Source: a bacterium (GTDB lineage Bacteria > SAR324 > NAC60-12). Taken from it: DNA of 64,000 nt. Of the stretch, positions 39,675 to 49,171 are shown piece by piece. The position numbers and the translations under genes are program-made. A model generated the notes under the pieces. It searched no databases. It was not told where the DNA came from and was given only the letters and a program-made list of their open reading frames with translations. The stretch's first letter is position 1; each line of letters starts with the position of its first letter. The DNA is taken from contig CBDDTI010000746.1 of NCBI GenBank assembly GCA_965233585.1, forward strand, positions 256,001 to 320,000, written 5' to 3'.

Positions 39675-40912
39675 ACTTCCTCTGGTTTTGGAAAGCTCAT
39701 CAATAAATTACGATAATATTCATATTGCTTTTGACGCAATTCAATCTCACGCGGTAGTCCTTCGCTGATGCTATTGCTCAAAGTGTCAAATCGGTCAAGA
39801 ATGTCAACAATCTTTTGCTGAATTTGCAACGATTTTTCTGGGTTGTCGGGGCAGGGGATTGGAAATTTAGTATCTTTAATCATCGGTTTAGTGAGCTGGG
39901 GAATGCCCGCCTCTGGCACCTTATAATTTTTCTCAATAGTTTTCATAAAATAATAAGCATACTTCAAATTTATGTTGATTTTTGGAGTTAGCACTAACAA
40001 ACGAATTATTGGAAAAATAGGATAATCTCTGTAACTTGTCCAACCTATCGTACCTCTAGCTGATATAGTTAAACTTGGCTCATTCAACTTTGCTTCTTTT
40101 GTCCATCCATATAATGATTTCTCACCTATTCCGTTAGATAAAATAGGCACATTAAACTGCTCTGTTTCTATATCTGAAAATGCGTCTTTTGGTTTATCGC
40201 CACCAGCAAAGATACTAAAAACCTCCCCCAATGTTTTCCATTCTACCCTTGCACCGTCTAGTAGTTTTTGTAAAAAGGGTATCTGTGTTAATCCGTGTTT
40301 ATTTGTGGTTGAAAAATCTAATAATCTATCGCGATAATAACTATACTGCTTTTTACGTGCTGTAAGCTCTGCTGTAAGCTCTGCTGTAAGCTCTGCTGTA
40401 AGCGTAGTGAACTTATCCAAAATGTCAACTATTTTTTGCTGAATTTGTAAAGATTTTTCTGGATTTTCTGGGCAGGGAATTGGGATTTTTATTTTTTCTA
40501 CCTGATGGCTCATCAATTTTGGATTACCCATTCCAGAATAAACATGTTTTTGTGCTTCAATTGAAAGCCAGTAGAACAAAAATTTATAATTTAAAATAGA
40601 GATACTATCAATCTTTATTAAACCACAGACATTTGTAATAGAAAATTTTTCATTGCGGTAAAAAACAGTTCCTGCGTTTGCTCCATCCGTTGTCCATGTT
40701 ACAAATTCACCTTCGAAATCAAATGTGTTAATTTTACCTATCATTCCATTATTTGCTGTTTGTGAACTATAAACAGGATAGTTACCAGCATTATCAGTTA
40801 AATAACTTTTTGACATTACACGCCCCCTTTTTAAATCACAAACCTCTCCCAATGTTTTCCATTCTACCTTTGCGCCGTTGAGTAGGTTTTGTAAAAAGAT
40901 TTGTTTATTCAT
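39653..40912 (-). CDS. hsdS: Type I R-M specificity subunit (type IC)
   Basis: Two TRDs each starting [13 protein letters not shown] repeats, [17 protein letters not shown]. Confidence 0.95.
   Translation of the reverse strand: MNKQIFLQNLLNGAKVEWKTLGEVCDLKRGRVMSKSYLTDNAGNYPVYSSQTANNGMIGKINTFDFEGEFVTWTTDGANAGTVFYRNEKFSITNVCGLIKIDSISILNYKFLFYWLSIEAQKHVYSGMGNPKLMSHQVEKIKIPIPCPENPEKSLQIQQKIVDILDKFTTLTAELTAELTAELTARKKQYSYYRDRLLDFSTTNKHGLTQIPFLQKLLDGARVEWKTLGEVFSIFAGGDKPKDAFSDIETEQFNVPILSNGIGEKSLYGWTKEAKLNEPSLTISARGTIGWTSYRDYPIFPIIRLLVLTPKININLKYAYYFMKTIEKNYKVPEAGIPQLTKPMIKDTKFPIPCPDNPEKSLQIQQKIVDILDRFDTLSNSISEGLPREIELRQKQYEYYRNLLMSFPKPEEVTTDESR
40359..40403. repeat. 12-bp tandem repeat encoding TAEL in hsdS
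   Basis: GCTGTAAGCTCT three times plus a partial copy. Confidence 0.95.
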
Positions 40913-41894
40913 CGTGATTGATATTGTGTTTTTGCATGATGATAGATGCCATTAATTCTTCTTCAGTAGGTAAAATAGTTTGGTATTTTGAAGCGAATAG
41001 TTGTTTATTTTCTTTCAGTATAGAGTATTTAACGATGGTTTCGTCTTTACTGGCACATAGTATGATTCCAATACTTGGATTATCATCTTTGTTTCTTTTT
41101 AAGTCATCAAACATGCGTACATACATGTCCATTTGCCCAATATCTTGGTGAGTAAGTTTGGTTGTTTTAAGGTCTATCACAACAAAGCATTTTAACAAAT
41201 AATTGTAAAACACAAGGTCAATATAAAAGTGAGATGTTTCGGTGCTAATTCTCATTTGTTGAGCAACAAAAGAAAATCCTTTGCCCATTTCAAGTAAAAA
41301 CTCTTTTAGTTCATCAATAATGGCTTGTTCCAATGCGGATTCTTGCAGTTTTATCTGTTCAGGTAATTGCAAAAATTCCAAGACATAAGGGTCTTTGATA
41401 AAATCAAGTAGCTGTTCGTTTTTAGAAGATTTTTTTACTTTCTGTGTTGAAAGCAGTCGGGCGTAATAATTTGATTTGATATTGCGTTCTAGTTGGCGAA
41501 CGCTCCAATTTTCTGTGCGGCTTTCTTTGCAATAATATTCAACGGTTTTCGCATCATCTATACGCATAATTAACCTGAGGTGGCTCCAACTTAATTCTCT
41601 ACACAGTGTGTAGAGTTTTTCTTGGTGTGGAAATTTGAGGTAAAACTGTCTGCAATTATAAAGATTTGCATAAGAAAACCCCTTGCCAAAATCAAATTTC
41701 AAAGCACTTGAAAGCTCTTCCATAAGCCGTTTGCCATACTTTGCCTTGCTTTCACCATTTTGCTCTTCTACTACTATCCTTTTGCCTATTAACCAATACG
41801 CTTCAACCATAGCAGCATTGATAGCCGAACGCGTTTTGGATCTTGCATTTTGCAAAATACTTTTTATATCAGCGTAAAAATCTTTATTGATCAT
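40905..41894 (-). CDS. YhcG/DUF1016 PD-(D/E)XK nuclease-domain protein
   Basis: [48 protein letters not shown]. Confidence 0.93.
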   Translation of the reverse strand: MINKDFYADIKSILQNARSKTRSAINAAMVEAYWLIGKRIVVEEQNGESKAKYGKRLMEELSSALKFDFGKGFSYANLYNCRQFYLKFPHQEKLYTLCRELSWSHLRLIMRIDDAKTVEYYCKESRTENWSVRQLERNIKSNYYARLLSTQKVKKSSKNEQLLDFIKDPYVLEFLQLPEQIKLQESALEQAIIDELKEFLLEMGKGFSFVAQQMRISTETSHFYIDLVFYNYLLKCFVVIDLKTTKLTHQDIGQMDMYVRMFDDLKRNKDDNPSIGIILCASKDETIVKYSILKENKQLFASKYQTILPTEEELMASIIMQKHNINHDE

Positions 41895-41896
41895 GT

Positions 41897-42048
41897 TTAA
41901 AGCTCCTGTGTTTTAAATTCGCTGTAGCCTTCATAGTAATAGCTGACGTCAATGCCTTTCATAAAGAGGTTTCGGTCATGGATTTGGTTGGTGAGTGCAT
42001 CTTTGAGCAGTGTTTTGATTTCAAGGTCTTTGACGGGGCTTCGTTGCA
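41897..42048 (-). pseudogene. 3' remnant of a Fic-family (adenylyltransferase-like) gene cut by IS1
   Basis: QRSPVKDLEIKTLLKDALT...FMKGIDVSYYYEGY resembles the C-terminus of Fic proteins found in type I R-M loci; abuts the IS end. Confidence 0.7.
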
Positions 42049-42056
42049 GGCAGTGT

Positions 42057-42444
42057 TCACTTGATATTGTCATGATATTTTTCAAACCTTTTATAGTCAA
42101 AGAAGAGTTGTAGAGAGTGTTCCAGCATGTCAAAAGTTTTGGAATGTCGTTTAGATTTTCTCATCAAGCGAGCTAGGTTATCTCTGATGGAAGAATTAGA
42201 AGATTCAATGAGATGAGTGTTGTCTTTGCCTATCTGATGCTTTTGTGGAATTTGGAGTTGTGCAAATGCCACTTGATAGCATGAGTTGGCATCTGTATAA
42301 ATCGTTTCAATTCTAGCTCGTTGTGCTTTGACTAGTGCATACAGCTGCTTTGCTGCTGCTAATCCTTTGCCTATCACAAAGGCAATCACACATTGTTCTT
42401 GACGAGAATAGGCTGTCCAAACAGCTACTCTTTGGCTTTTTTTT
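42057..42444 (-). CDS. insB: IS1 InsB-like DDE ORF reached by -1 frameshift
   Basis: A8 slippery run at 42437-42444; the -1 frame reads VWTAYSR...IYTD...THLIESSNSSIR. Confidence 0.85.
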
Positions 42445-42772
42445 GAACAAAAGTGTAGATCTCATCCATCTCTATACTATCTACTTGTGCATGGAAACTT
42501 GGTGCGTCTTTTGGAAGTTGAGACACTCTAGCTTTTTTGATCCAGTTGACAATTGAAGCGGGAGACACCTGCAAAAAACGAGCGATCTTTCTGATGCCTA
42601 CACTATTGACATACATCTCTGAGGCTTGACGCTTGGTCTCTAGTGGGATTCTCAAACCATTTGAGGTGAATGCTCTCTGACATGACTTGCAACGATACCT
42701 CTGAACCCCTTTGTAACTTCCATTCTTGATATAAGTCTGACTCCCACAATGATGACAACTTCTCATTTCCAT
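42425..42772 (-). CDS. insA: IS1 InsA-like ORF (zinc finger plus HTH)
   Basis: CHHC...KNG...QRYRCKSC, GIRKIAR, EMDEIYTFV. Confidence 0.9.
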   Translation of the reverse strand: MEMRSCHHCGSQTYIKNGSYKGVQRYRCKSCQRAFTSNGLRIPLETKRQASEMYVNSVGIRKIARFLQVSPASIVNWIKKARVSQLPKDAPSFHAQVDSIEMDEIYTFVQKKAKE

Positions 42773-42859
42773 TCCTCAAATTCACTCTCACATGCAATGA
42801 CAATACCAACTAAACACTGCCCTGCTAAGGGGGGTCAAGTGAAGAAATTAGGAAAAAAG

Positions 42860-42975
42860 AGAGGTTGCGTGGCAAATCTGCAATGACGGGAAAAACGGGT
42901 AGGAATTGGAACACCTCGTCTTTCGGCTTGTTGCTGGCTTACCTCTGGTCATTGCGGGTATTGACCCGCAATCTC
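42860..42975. repeat. REP-like palindromes
   Basis: GTCATTGCGGGTATTGACCCGCAATCTC and an inverted degenerate copy. Confidence 0.7.
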
Positions 42976-43054
42976 TCTTTTCTTTTTTAATTTTTGTCCC
43001 CTGCTTGCTCACAAAAACACCCTCAGCGTGAGAATTGAAACACTTCAAGTGCTG

Positions 43055-43798
43055 TCATTTGAGTTTTTGAGCAATTTTGAAATACAAGAAGTTGGGTAGG
43101 AGTTTGAGGAGTTTGAGGAAAAAGGTGAATCTTTTGGGAAAATGAATTTCAAAATGCTTTTGTTGTAGTTGTGTTGCAATGATGGTAGCTGCTTCTTGGG
43201 TTGAGAGTTGAGCAGGCATTTTGAAGTCATTTTTGGCAGTCAGGCGGGTTTCTACAAATCCGGGATTGATCAATTTGACATCTAAAAACTCTCCATATTC
43301 CGCGTTTAAACTTTCAGCAAGATTGATCAAAGCGGCTTTGGTGCAAGCATAAGGCTGTGCTTTTGCCAAACCCCGATACCCTGCCACGCTGCCACAAATC
43401 GCAATTTGTCCATGCCTTCCATTCACAAATGACGGAAGCACGGTTTGAATTGCATAAAACGCTCCCATCAAATTGACTTGAATTGTCTGCTCTATGTTCT
43501 GTTGAGTGACTTCTAGCAAAGGGCTTGGTTCATAAATTCCTGCCATGAAGACTAAACTGTCCAAAGTTTGCCAATGGGATTCAATAGTCTTCCATGCCTT
43601 CACAAGTTGCGAGGGCTGGGTGATGTCTAATTCTAATGCCAGATGTTTTTCAATTCCAATTTGCTGATGAATTTGAGCTAAAGCGGCTTGACTTCTGCCA
43701 GAAAGTGCCACTTGATGACCCTGCTGGGCAAGTTTTAAGGCAAGGGCATGTCCAATGCCATGACTTGCCCCGATGATCCAGAATTTTTTTGAAACCAT
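43055..43798 (-). CDS. SDR-family oxidoreductase
   Basis: GASHGIG and YACTK. Confidence 0.92.
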   Translation of the reverse strand: MVSKKFWIIGASHGIGHALALKLAQQGHQVALSGRSQAALAQIHQQIGIEKHLALELDITQPSQLVKAWKTIESHWQTLDSLVFMAGIYEPSPLLEVTQQNIEQTIQVNLMGAFYAIQTVLPSFVNGRHGQIAICGSVAGYRGLAKAQPYACTKAALINLAESLNAEYGEFLDVKLINPGFVETRLTAKNDFKMPAQLSTQEAATIIATQLQQKHFEIHFPKRFTFFLKLLKLLPNFLYFKIAQKLK

Positions 43799-43846
43799 GA
43801 TTCAGATGATTCAATAGATAGCAATGATTGAATAGACAACTATACT

Positions 43847-45076
43847 TTAGAAAGGTTGCAAGATGAGGAATGTCTTTGACGTGCCTTCTTCAGAAAATCC
43901 AACATCAAAACGAATGACGACACTGGACATGATAGCACGGATGCCCACTCCATAATTAGTTTTTAAATTGTCCCACAGTTTTTCATAAAATTGCTCAACA
44001 TTGCCTTCTTCGTAAAAGTAGACAAATTGTAAAGCCTCCAAAGCATCATTAGAAAGTGCAAAGCCGTCCCCTGAAAGCCCAAAATCACCAATCCAAGAAT
44101 ATCGGTATTCTGCGGCATAATAAAGTGTGTGGAGGTCAGTAAACCGACGGTTTGGGTAGCCTCTCATTTGAATTGCCCCGCCCAAAGAGTTCCCCTCTCT
44201 TCTGCTGACAGGGACGTCTTCATTTTTGTTGATGACGGTAGAAAGGTAGTAGTTCATCGCTAATGTATGATTGCTATCTTCACTCCAAAACACAGGCAGG
44301 AATAAGCTGACTTCACGGCTGAAGATGTCAAATGACTCATCAGTTTCGTTTTTGTGCATAAAATTTCCACTTGGACGACGTTGGCTTAAAATGGTGATGG
44401 TTCTCAAGCCAAAACGGGAGTCAAAGCGGTCATCAGTTAAGTCAAGCTCAAAACGATAACGATACCCTGCGGCTTCTGTGATTGTGTCAGCTTCCGGAGA
44501 AGCCGGACCAGAACTGTCTGCTTGATTGCGAAGTTCTTCTTGAACACTTGGAATGTCTGCGGCTTCTTCGGGGGCAACACGGATATGATCGTTTGTGTAA
44601 TAAGTTTCATAAGAAAGTTTTGCGCGATCTACTCCAAAACGCATCTGTGTTTGGTACGCAATCAGTTTGAGTTCTCCATTGACGGGAAAGGGGTCATTGG
44701 GGGAGTCTGTGCCAACATCATAGACATCTAATTCTTTGAGGGCAATGTCTGTTCCTCCTCCAGATAACGTCATAGAAAACCAGCTTTCTTTGTCTCCTAA
44801 TAGAAAAATATCGTTAACAGCAACACCTTTGATGTGAAAATTCCCATTTTGAAAGCTGATGCCTGCTATGTCTGTTCCTGAATCAAAAATATTGGCAACA
44901 CCAAACACCCCCCCATATAACTCACCGATTCCTTCAACGAACACAAACCAAGGTAAAATATAATAAGCATTCGCTCTGCTTCCTTCTTGCTCTCTCCTTC
45001 TTTCAATGGTGTAAGGATTAGCAAAAACTGAATCCACAATCAAAAACGAAATGATGAAATAAAATATCTTTTTCAT
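43847..45076 (-). CDS. Omp85/BamA-TamA-like outer-membrane barrel protein without evident POTRA domains
   Basis: Signal peptide, LGG..MRGYPNRRF, GVGIR, C-terminal QPF. Confidence 0.7.
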   Translation of the reverse strand: MKKIFYFIISFLIVDSVFANPYTIERRREQEGSRANAYYILPWFVFVEGIGELYGGVFGVANIFDSGTDIAGISFQNGNFHIKGVAVNDIFLLGDKESWFSMTLSGGGTDIALKELDVYDVGTDSPNDPFPVNGELKLIAYQTQMRFGVDRAKLSYETYYTNDHIRVAPEEAADIPSVQEELRNQADSSGPASPEADTITEAAGYRYRFELDLTDDRFDSRFGLRTITILSQRRPSGNFMHKNETDESFDIFSREVSLFLPVFWSEDSNHTLAMNYYLSTVINKNEDVPVSRREGNSLGGAIQMRGYPNRRFTDLHTLYYAAEYRYSWIGDFGLSGDGFALSNDALEALQFVYFYEEGNVEQFYEKLWDNLKTNYGVGIRAIMSSVVIRFDVGFSEEGTSKTFLILQPF

Positions 45077-45183
45077 AAAATTTACCTGCCTTTGACGAAT
45101 GATTAAAAAAGACTTTATATTTTAAAATAAAAAGAAAAAGGCTGTCAAATAAAAACAAATAAAAATATTTTTGATAGAAATTT

Positions 45184-45915
45184 TTAGGAGTGCTGTGATT
45201 TGGTGCTTTGTTTCTTTCCCCAATGAATGACGCCTGCACCGAACCAAAATTTTTGAACCTTCACTTGACAAAGTCCCATTTGGTTTAAGAGAGCAGATAC
45301 TTTTTTGGGAGGGGGGAAATCTTTGGCGGAGTGTGGAAGATAGCGAAATGCCTCATTTTTTGAACCCAGCAATTTTCCAAGCAGGGGGGCAAAGGTAAAA
45401 AAGACAACATGTGCAACTTGCTTGAAAAGAGGCCAAGTGACCTGACCTGTTTCAAGTGAGACAAATGTGCCATGAGGTTTCAGCACTCTGAGAATCTCGT
45501 AGAGTCCTGTTTGAAGGTTGGCAAAGTTACGTAAGCCATAACTGACTGTCACAACGTCAAAGGTTTGGTCTGCAAAAGGGAGCTGAAGGGCATCACCTTG
45601 TAGCCAGCAGATTTGCTGATTTGTTGCCTTGCGTTGATTGGCGTGCCAAAGCATTTGAGCAGAAAAGTCAAGGGCGTACACTTTAGAAAAATGTTGGCTC
45701 AATGAAAAAGCCACGTCGCCTGTCCCACAACATAAATCAAGGCATGTTGCATCTTGAGCAGGCAGACACTTTTTGACCAGCATGTACTTCCAATAACGAT
45801 GAATGCCCAACGTCAACCAATCGTTAAACCGATCATAAATGGGAGCAATCTGGTCAAATTGTTGATGGACGTAGCGAGCTTTTTGCTCTTGGGAGGGGAG
45901 CTGGTAGCGGCTCAT
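45184..45915 (-). CDS. ubiE: Ubiquinone/menaquinone biosynthesis methyltransferase
   Basis: FDQIAPIYDRFN, LDLCCGTGD, GDALQLPF, YGLRN. Confidence 0.9.
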   Translation of the reverse strand: MSRYQLPSQEQKARYVHQQFDQIAPIYDRFNDWLTLGIHRYWKYMLVKKCLPAQDATCLDLCCGTGDVAFSLSQHFSKVYALDFSAQMLWHANQRKATNQQICWLQGDALQLPFADQTFDVVTVSYGLRNFANLQTGLYEILRVLKPHGTFVSLETGQVTWPLFKQVAHVVFFTFAPLLGKLLGSKNEAFRYLPHSAKDFPPPKKVSALLNQMGLCQVKVQKFWFGAGVIHWGKKQSTKSQHS

Positions 45916-45924
45916 TGACCCAAC

Positions 45925-46971
45925 TTAAAACTGATTTTCAGGTCGTAATTTTCTCAACTGACGACCTGCTTGCCACATTTCTTGATTGTTGATTTCTTCA
46001 AGTTCTTTTTGCAGTCTTTCATGGTAGTCTGGTCTTGAATTTGACTGAATAGCAGCTTGGGCTTCTTTGCCTTCTACAACACTTTTGTAGCATTCTTGGA
46101 CGACTGGCTTAATGGCTTGGTGAAATTTTGGCGCCCAGTCCAATGCCCCACGCCTCGCTGTTGTTGAGCAGTTCGCATACATCCAGTCCATACCTTGTTG
46201 GGAAATGAGAGGATAAAGACTTTCTAGCGCCTCCTCAATCGTTTCGTTATATGCTTCAGAGGGGGAATGTCCATTTTCTCGTAATACTTCATATTGAGCT
46301 AAAAATGCACCTTGAATCATTCCCATCAAAACGCATCGCTCACCTGTCAAATCGCTGTGGACTTCACGTTCAAAAGTGGTTTCAAACAAATGTCCTGACC
46401 CAATGGCAAACGCCATGGCAAGAGTGCGTTCTTTGGCACGACCCGTAAAGTCTTGATGCACCGCCCATGAAGAATTAATGCCACGACCTTCCTCAAAATG
46501 AGTGCGTACGGTTAAACCACTGCCTTTGGGAGCAACCAAAATGACGTCAACATTTTCAGGGGGAATGATGCCAGTGTGTTCGTGAAAGACCACGCCAAAA
46601 CCATGTGAAAAATACAAAGCATCACCTTCGTTCAAACATTTTTTAATTTCAGACCATGCCTCAATTTGTCCTGCATCGGAAAGCAAGAATTGAACGATGG
46701 TTGCTCCGCGTGCCGCCTCCTCTATTTCAAACAAGGTCTCTCCTTCTACCCAGCCTTCTTCTTTGGCTTTTTCCCAGCTACGACCTTGACGTGTTCCAAC
46801 AATCACTTTGACTCCTTGGTCCCGTAAATTCAAGGCTTGACCTCTGCCTTGAGAACCATACCCCAAAACAGCTGTTGTCTCGTCTTGCAGAATCGCTTTA
46901 CAACGGTCTAGTGGATAGTCTGATCTTTCAATGATGATTTCTTCAGAGTGATTGATTGTGACCTTTTTCAT
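45925..46971 (-). CDS. ilvC: Ketol-acid reductoisomerase
   Basis: GYGSQG, SHGF, VAPKG, SDLTGER, NCSTTARRGALDW; start at MKKVT. Confidence 0.95.
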   Translation of the reverse strand: MKKVTINHSEEIIIERSDYPLDRCKAILQDETTAVLGYGSQGRGQALNLRDQGVKVIVGTRQGRSWEKAKEEGWVEGETLFEIEEAARGATIVQFLLSDAGQIEAWSEIKKCLNEGDALYFSHGFGVVFHEHTGIIPPENVDVILVAPKGSGLTVRTHFEEGRGINSSWAVHQDFTGRAKERTLAMAFAIGSGHLFETTFEREVHSDLTGERCVLMGMIQGAFLAQYEVLRENGHSPSEAYNETIEEALESLYPLISQQGMDWMYANCSTTARRGALDWAPKFHQAIKPVVQECYKSVVEGKEAQAAIQSNSRPDYHERLQKELEEINNQEMWQAGRQLRKLRPENQF

Positions 46972-47243
46972 AACTTGTTCCTTTGGTGAATAGATAATCA
47001 AACGCCTAAATTCATAAAATTCAGGCAAAGCCTGCCATTATATCCTATATTCCTGTTTTGAAACAAATTGAAAACAAAATCCTGTTCGTTTTAGGTCGTT
47101 TTTTTAGAATACCAAACTTATCACGCACCCATGAGGACTCTACTTACAAACCTAAAGGCAGAAATTTTTTAATTACTTTAAATTTGCGTTAGCAATAATC
47201 TCTTGTGCCTTTCGCCTTTCCAACTCATCGGCAATCAAGGTAT

Positions 47244-47436
47244 GGATTCGGAGCTTTCGCAGGAATGACTAAGAAGGGGACAAGAATGACCAAACACAAC
47301 CCAGCAAACTCTCCTGTCATTCCCCACTTGATGCGGAATCCATCAGCAGTTAGAGGATAGATTCCTGCTTCCGCAGGAATGACCAAATGCAACACAGCCA
47401 AACCCTCCTGTCATTCCGTGCTTGACACGGAATCTC
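47244..47436. repeat. Cluster of REP/RPE-like palindromes
   Basis: GTCATTCCCCACTTGATGCGGAATCC, GATTCCTGCTTCCGCAGGAATGAC, GTCATTCCGTGCTTGACACGGAATCTC. Confidence 0.85.
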
Positions 47437-47444
47437 AAAAAACA

Positions 47445-48839
47445 CTACTTCCCAAACCTGATTAGAAACATGTCATTTTCTCCTGAATTGGCGTGTCCAT
47501 CAAAGTTGCCATAAGAGCTTCCTGTGACATAAACACTTCCCGCGGAATCCACACTCACTGCGTATCCGTCATCCTTATTGATGCTACCAAACAATTTAGA
47601 CCACTTCTTGTTGCCAGAACCATCATACTTGACTAAAAACATGTCTCTTTCTCCTGAATTGATGTGTCCATCAAAATCTGCCCAAGAGCCTCCTGTGACA
47701 TAGATATTTCCTGCAGAATCCACACTCACATCATTTCCCCAATCGTTGTTGCTAGTGCCGAGCCGTTTAAACCACTGCTTGATGCCTGAGCTGTCATACT
47801 TCAGCAAAAACATGTCTCCTCCTCCTGATTTGCTGTATCCAAAGAGTCCTGTGACATAGATATTTCCTGCAGAATCCACACTTATTCCTTCCCCTCCATC
47901 GTAACCTCCACTGCCAAGCAGTTGAGACCACTGCTTCACTCCTGAAGAAGAATACTTGACTAAAAACATGTCTCTTTCTCCTGAGTTGGTGTGTCCATCA
48001 AAATTTCCATAAGAGCTTCCTGTGACGTAAACATTCCCTGTAGAATCCACACTTACATCTTTTCCCCAATCATCACTGCTAGTGCCAAGCAGTTGAGACC
48101 ATTGCTGGTTGCCAGAGCTATCATACTTGACTAAAAACATGTTGCCACCATACTGTCCTGTGACGTGAACATTTCCAGCTGAACCTACACTCACTCCGTA
48201 TCCTACATCAGAACTGTCAGTGCCAAGCAGTTGAGACCACTGCTTATTGCCTGAACTGTCATACTTGACTAAAAACACGTCATGTTCTCCCGAATTGGTG
48301 TACCCATCAAAGTCTCCACCAAAGTATCCTGCGACGTAAACATTCCCTGCAGAATCCACACTTATTCCTTCCCCTTCATCGTAACCTCCACTGCCAAGCA
48401 GTTGAGACCACTGCTTCACTCCTGAGGAAGAGTACTTAATCAAAAACATGTCGCCATATCCTGAATTGACGTGTTTATCAAAATCTCCTTCAGAAGTTCC
48501 CGTGACGTAAACATTCCCTGCAGAATCCACACCTACATCGTCTCCCCAATCGTTGTTGCTAGTGCCAAGCAACTTAGACCATTTTTTGGTGAGCGGAACA
48601 TCATCTTTGTTTTCTTCTTCGTTGTCAGAAGAACTCCCACCACCAGACGAGCTACCATCATTTGCACAAGCAGAAATCACAAAAAATGTCAGCGGAATCA
48701 GAAAAATTTTGAGGGGGTGAGATTTGATTATGCGAAGAAAATTTTTGACAAAAAAGCAAAAAATTTGTGATTTTTGCGTTGATTTTTGAAAAAGCTGATT
48801 TAGCCTATATGGGTTGCGGATTGCGGATAAATTTTCCAT
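47445..48839 (-). CDS. SBBP beta-propeller repeat lipoprotein
   Basis: Seven repeats of VDSAGNVYVTG...DMFLVKYDSSG..W; lipobox-like ISAC. Confidence 0.9.
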   Translation of the reverse strand: MENLSAIRNPYRLNQLFQKSTQKSQIFCFFVKNFLRIIKSHPLKIFLIPLTFFVISACANDGSSSGGGSSSDNEEENKDDVPLTKKWSKLLGTSNNDWGDDVGVDSAGNVYVTGTSEGDFDKHVNSGYGDMFLIKYSSSGVKQWSQLLGSGGYDEGEGISVDSAGNVYVAGYFGGDFDGYTNSGEHDVFLVKYDSSGNKQWSQLLGTDSSDVGYGVSVGSAGNVHVTGQYGGNMFLVKYDSSGNQQWSQLLGTSSDDWGKDVSVDSTGNVYVTGSSYGNFDGHTNSGERDMFLVKYSSSGVKQWSQLLGSGGYDGGEGISVDSAGNIYVTGLFGYSKSGGGDMFLLKYDSSGIKQWFKRLGTSNNDWGNDVSVDSAGNIYVTGGSWADFDGHINSGERDMFLVKYDGSGNKKWSKLFGSINKDDGYAVSVDSAGSVYVTGSSYGNFDGHANSGENDMFLIRFGK

Positions 48840-49171
48840 GTTGTTACCTTTTTTAGAGTTCATAAAAAGATGCTATTTAGACCATCATCTCAAATAGCTA
48901 GAAAAGAAGTGAGGGATTTTAGCTGAGTCAAAAATGAAATGCAAGCACTTTTTTACAAAATTCATAAAAAATGGAGTGATTGAAAAAATTGCAATGGCAT
49001 TGGTCTGAATGCTGTTTTCTGACAAAGGTTGCAGAGGTTTCTACTTGAAAACCAAGAAGCACGAGTTTTTCCAATGCTTGAATTTGTCTGGATTTTTGTT
49101 GCATTTATGATAGCCTAATGGGTTTTGTCCAGTTTTAGACGAGTTGGACAAAGCAGAACTTTTGATAATTT

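Larger units (their letters stand above)
42049..42821 (-). mobile_element. IS1-family insertion sequence (773 bp)
   Basis: 25-bp imperfect terminal IRs (GGCAGTGTTCACTTGATATTGTCAT and its counterpart at 42797-42821); insA/insB ORFs; no target duplication. Confidence 0.92.

Noticed and set aside
41897..42133. 78-aa ORF as a complete gene
   Set aside because: Its N-terminus comes from IS1 sequence; only the part up to 42048 is the Fic remnant.
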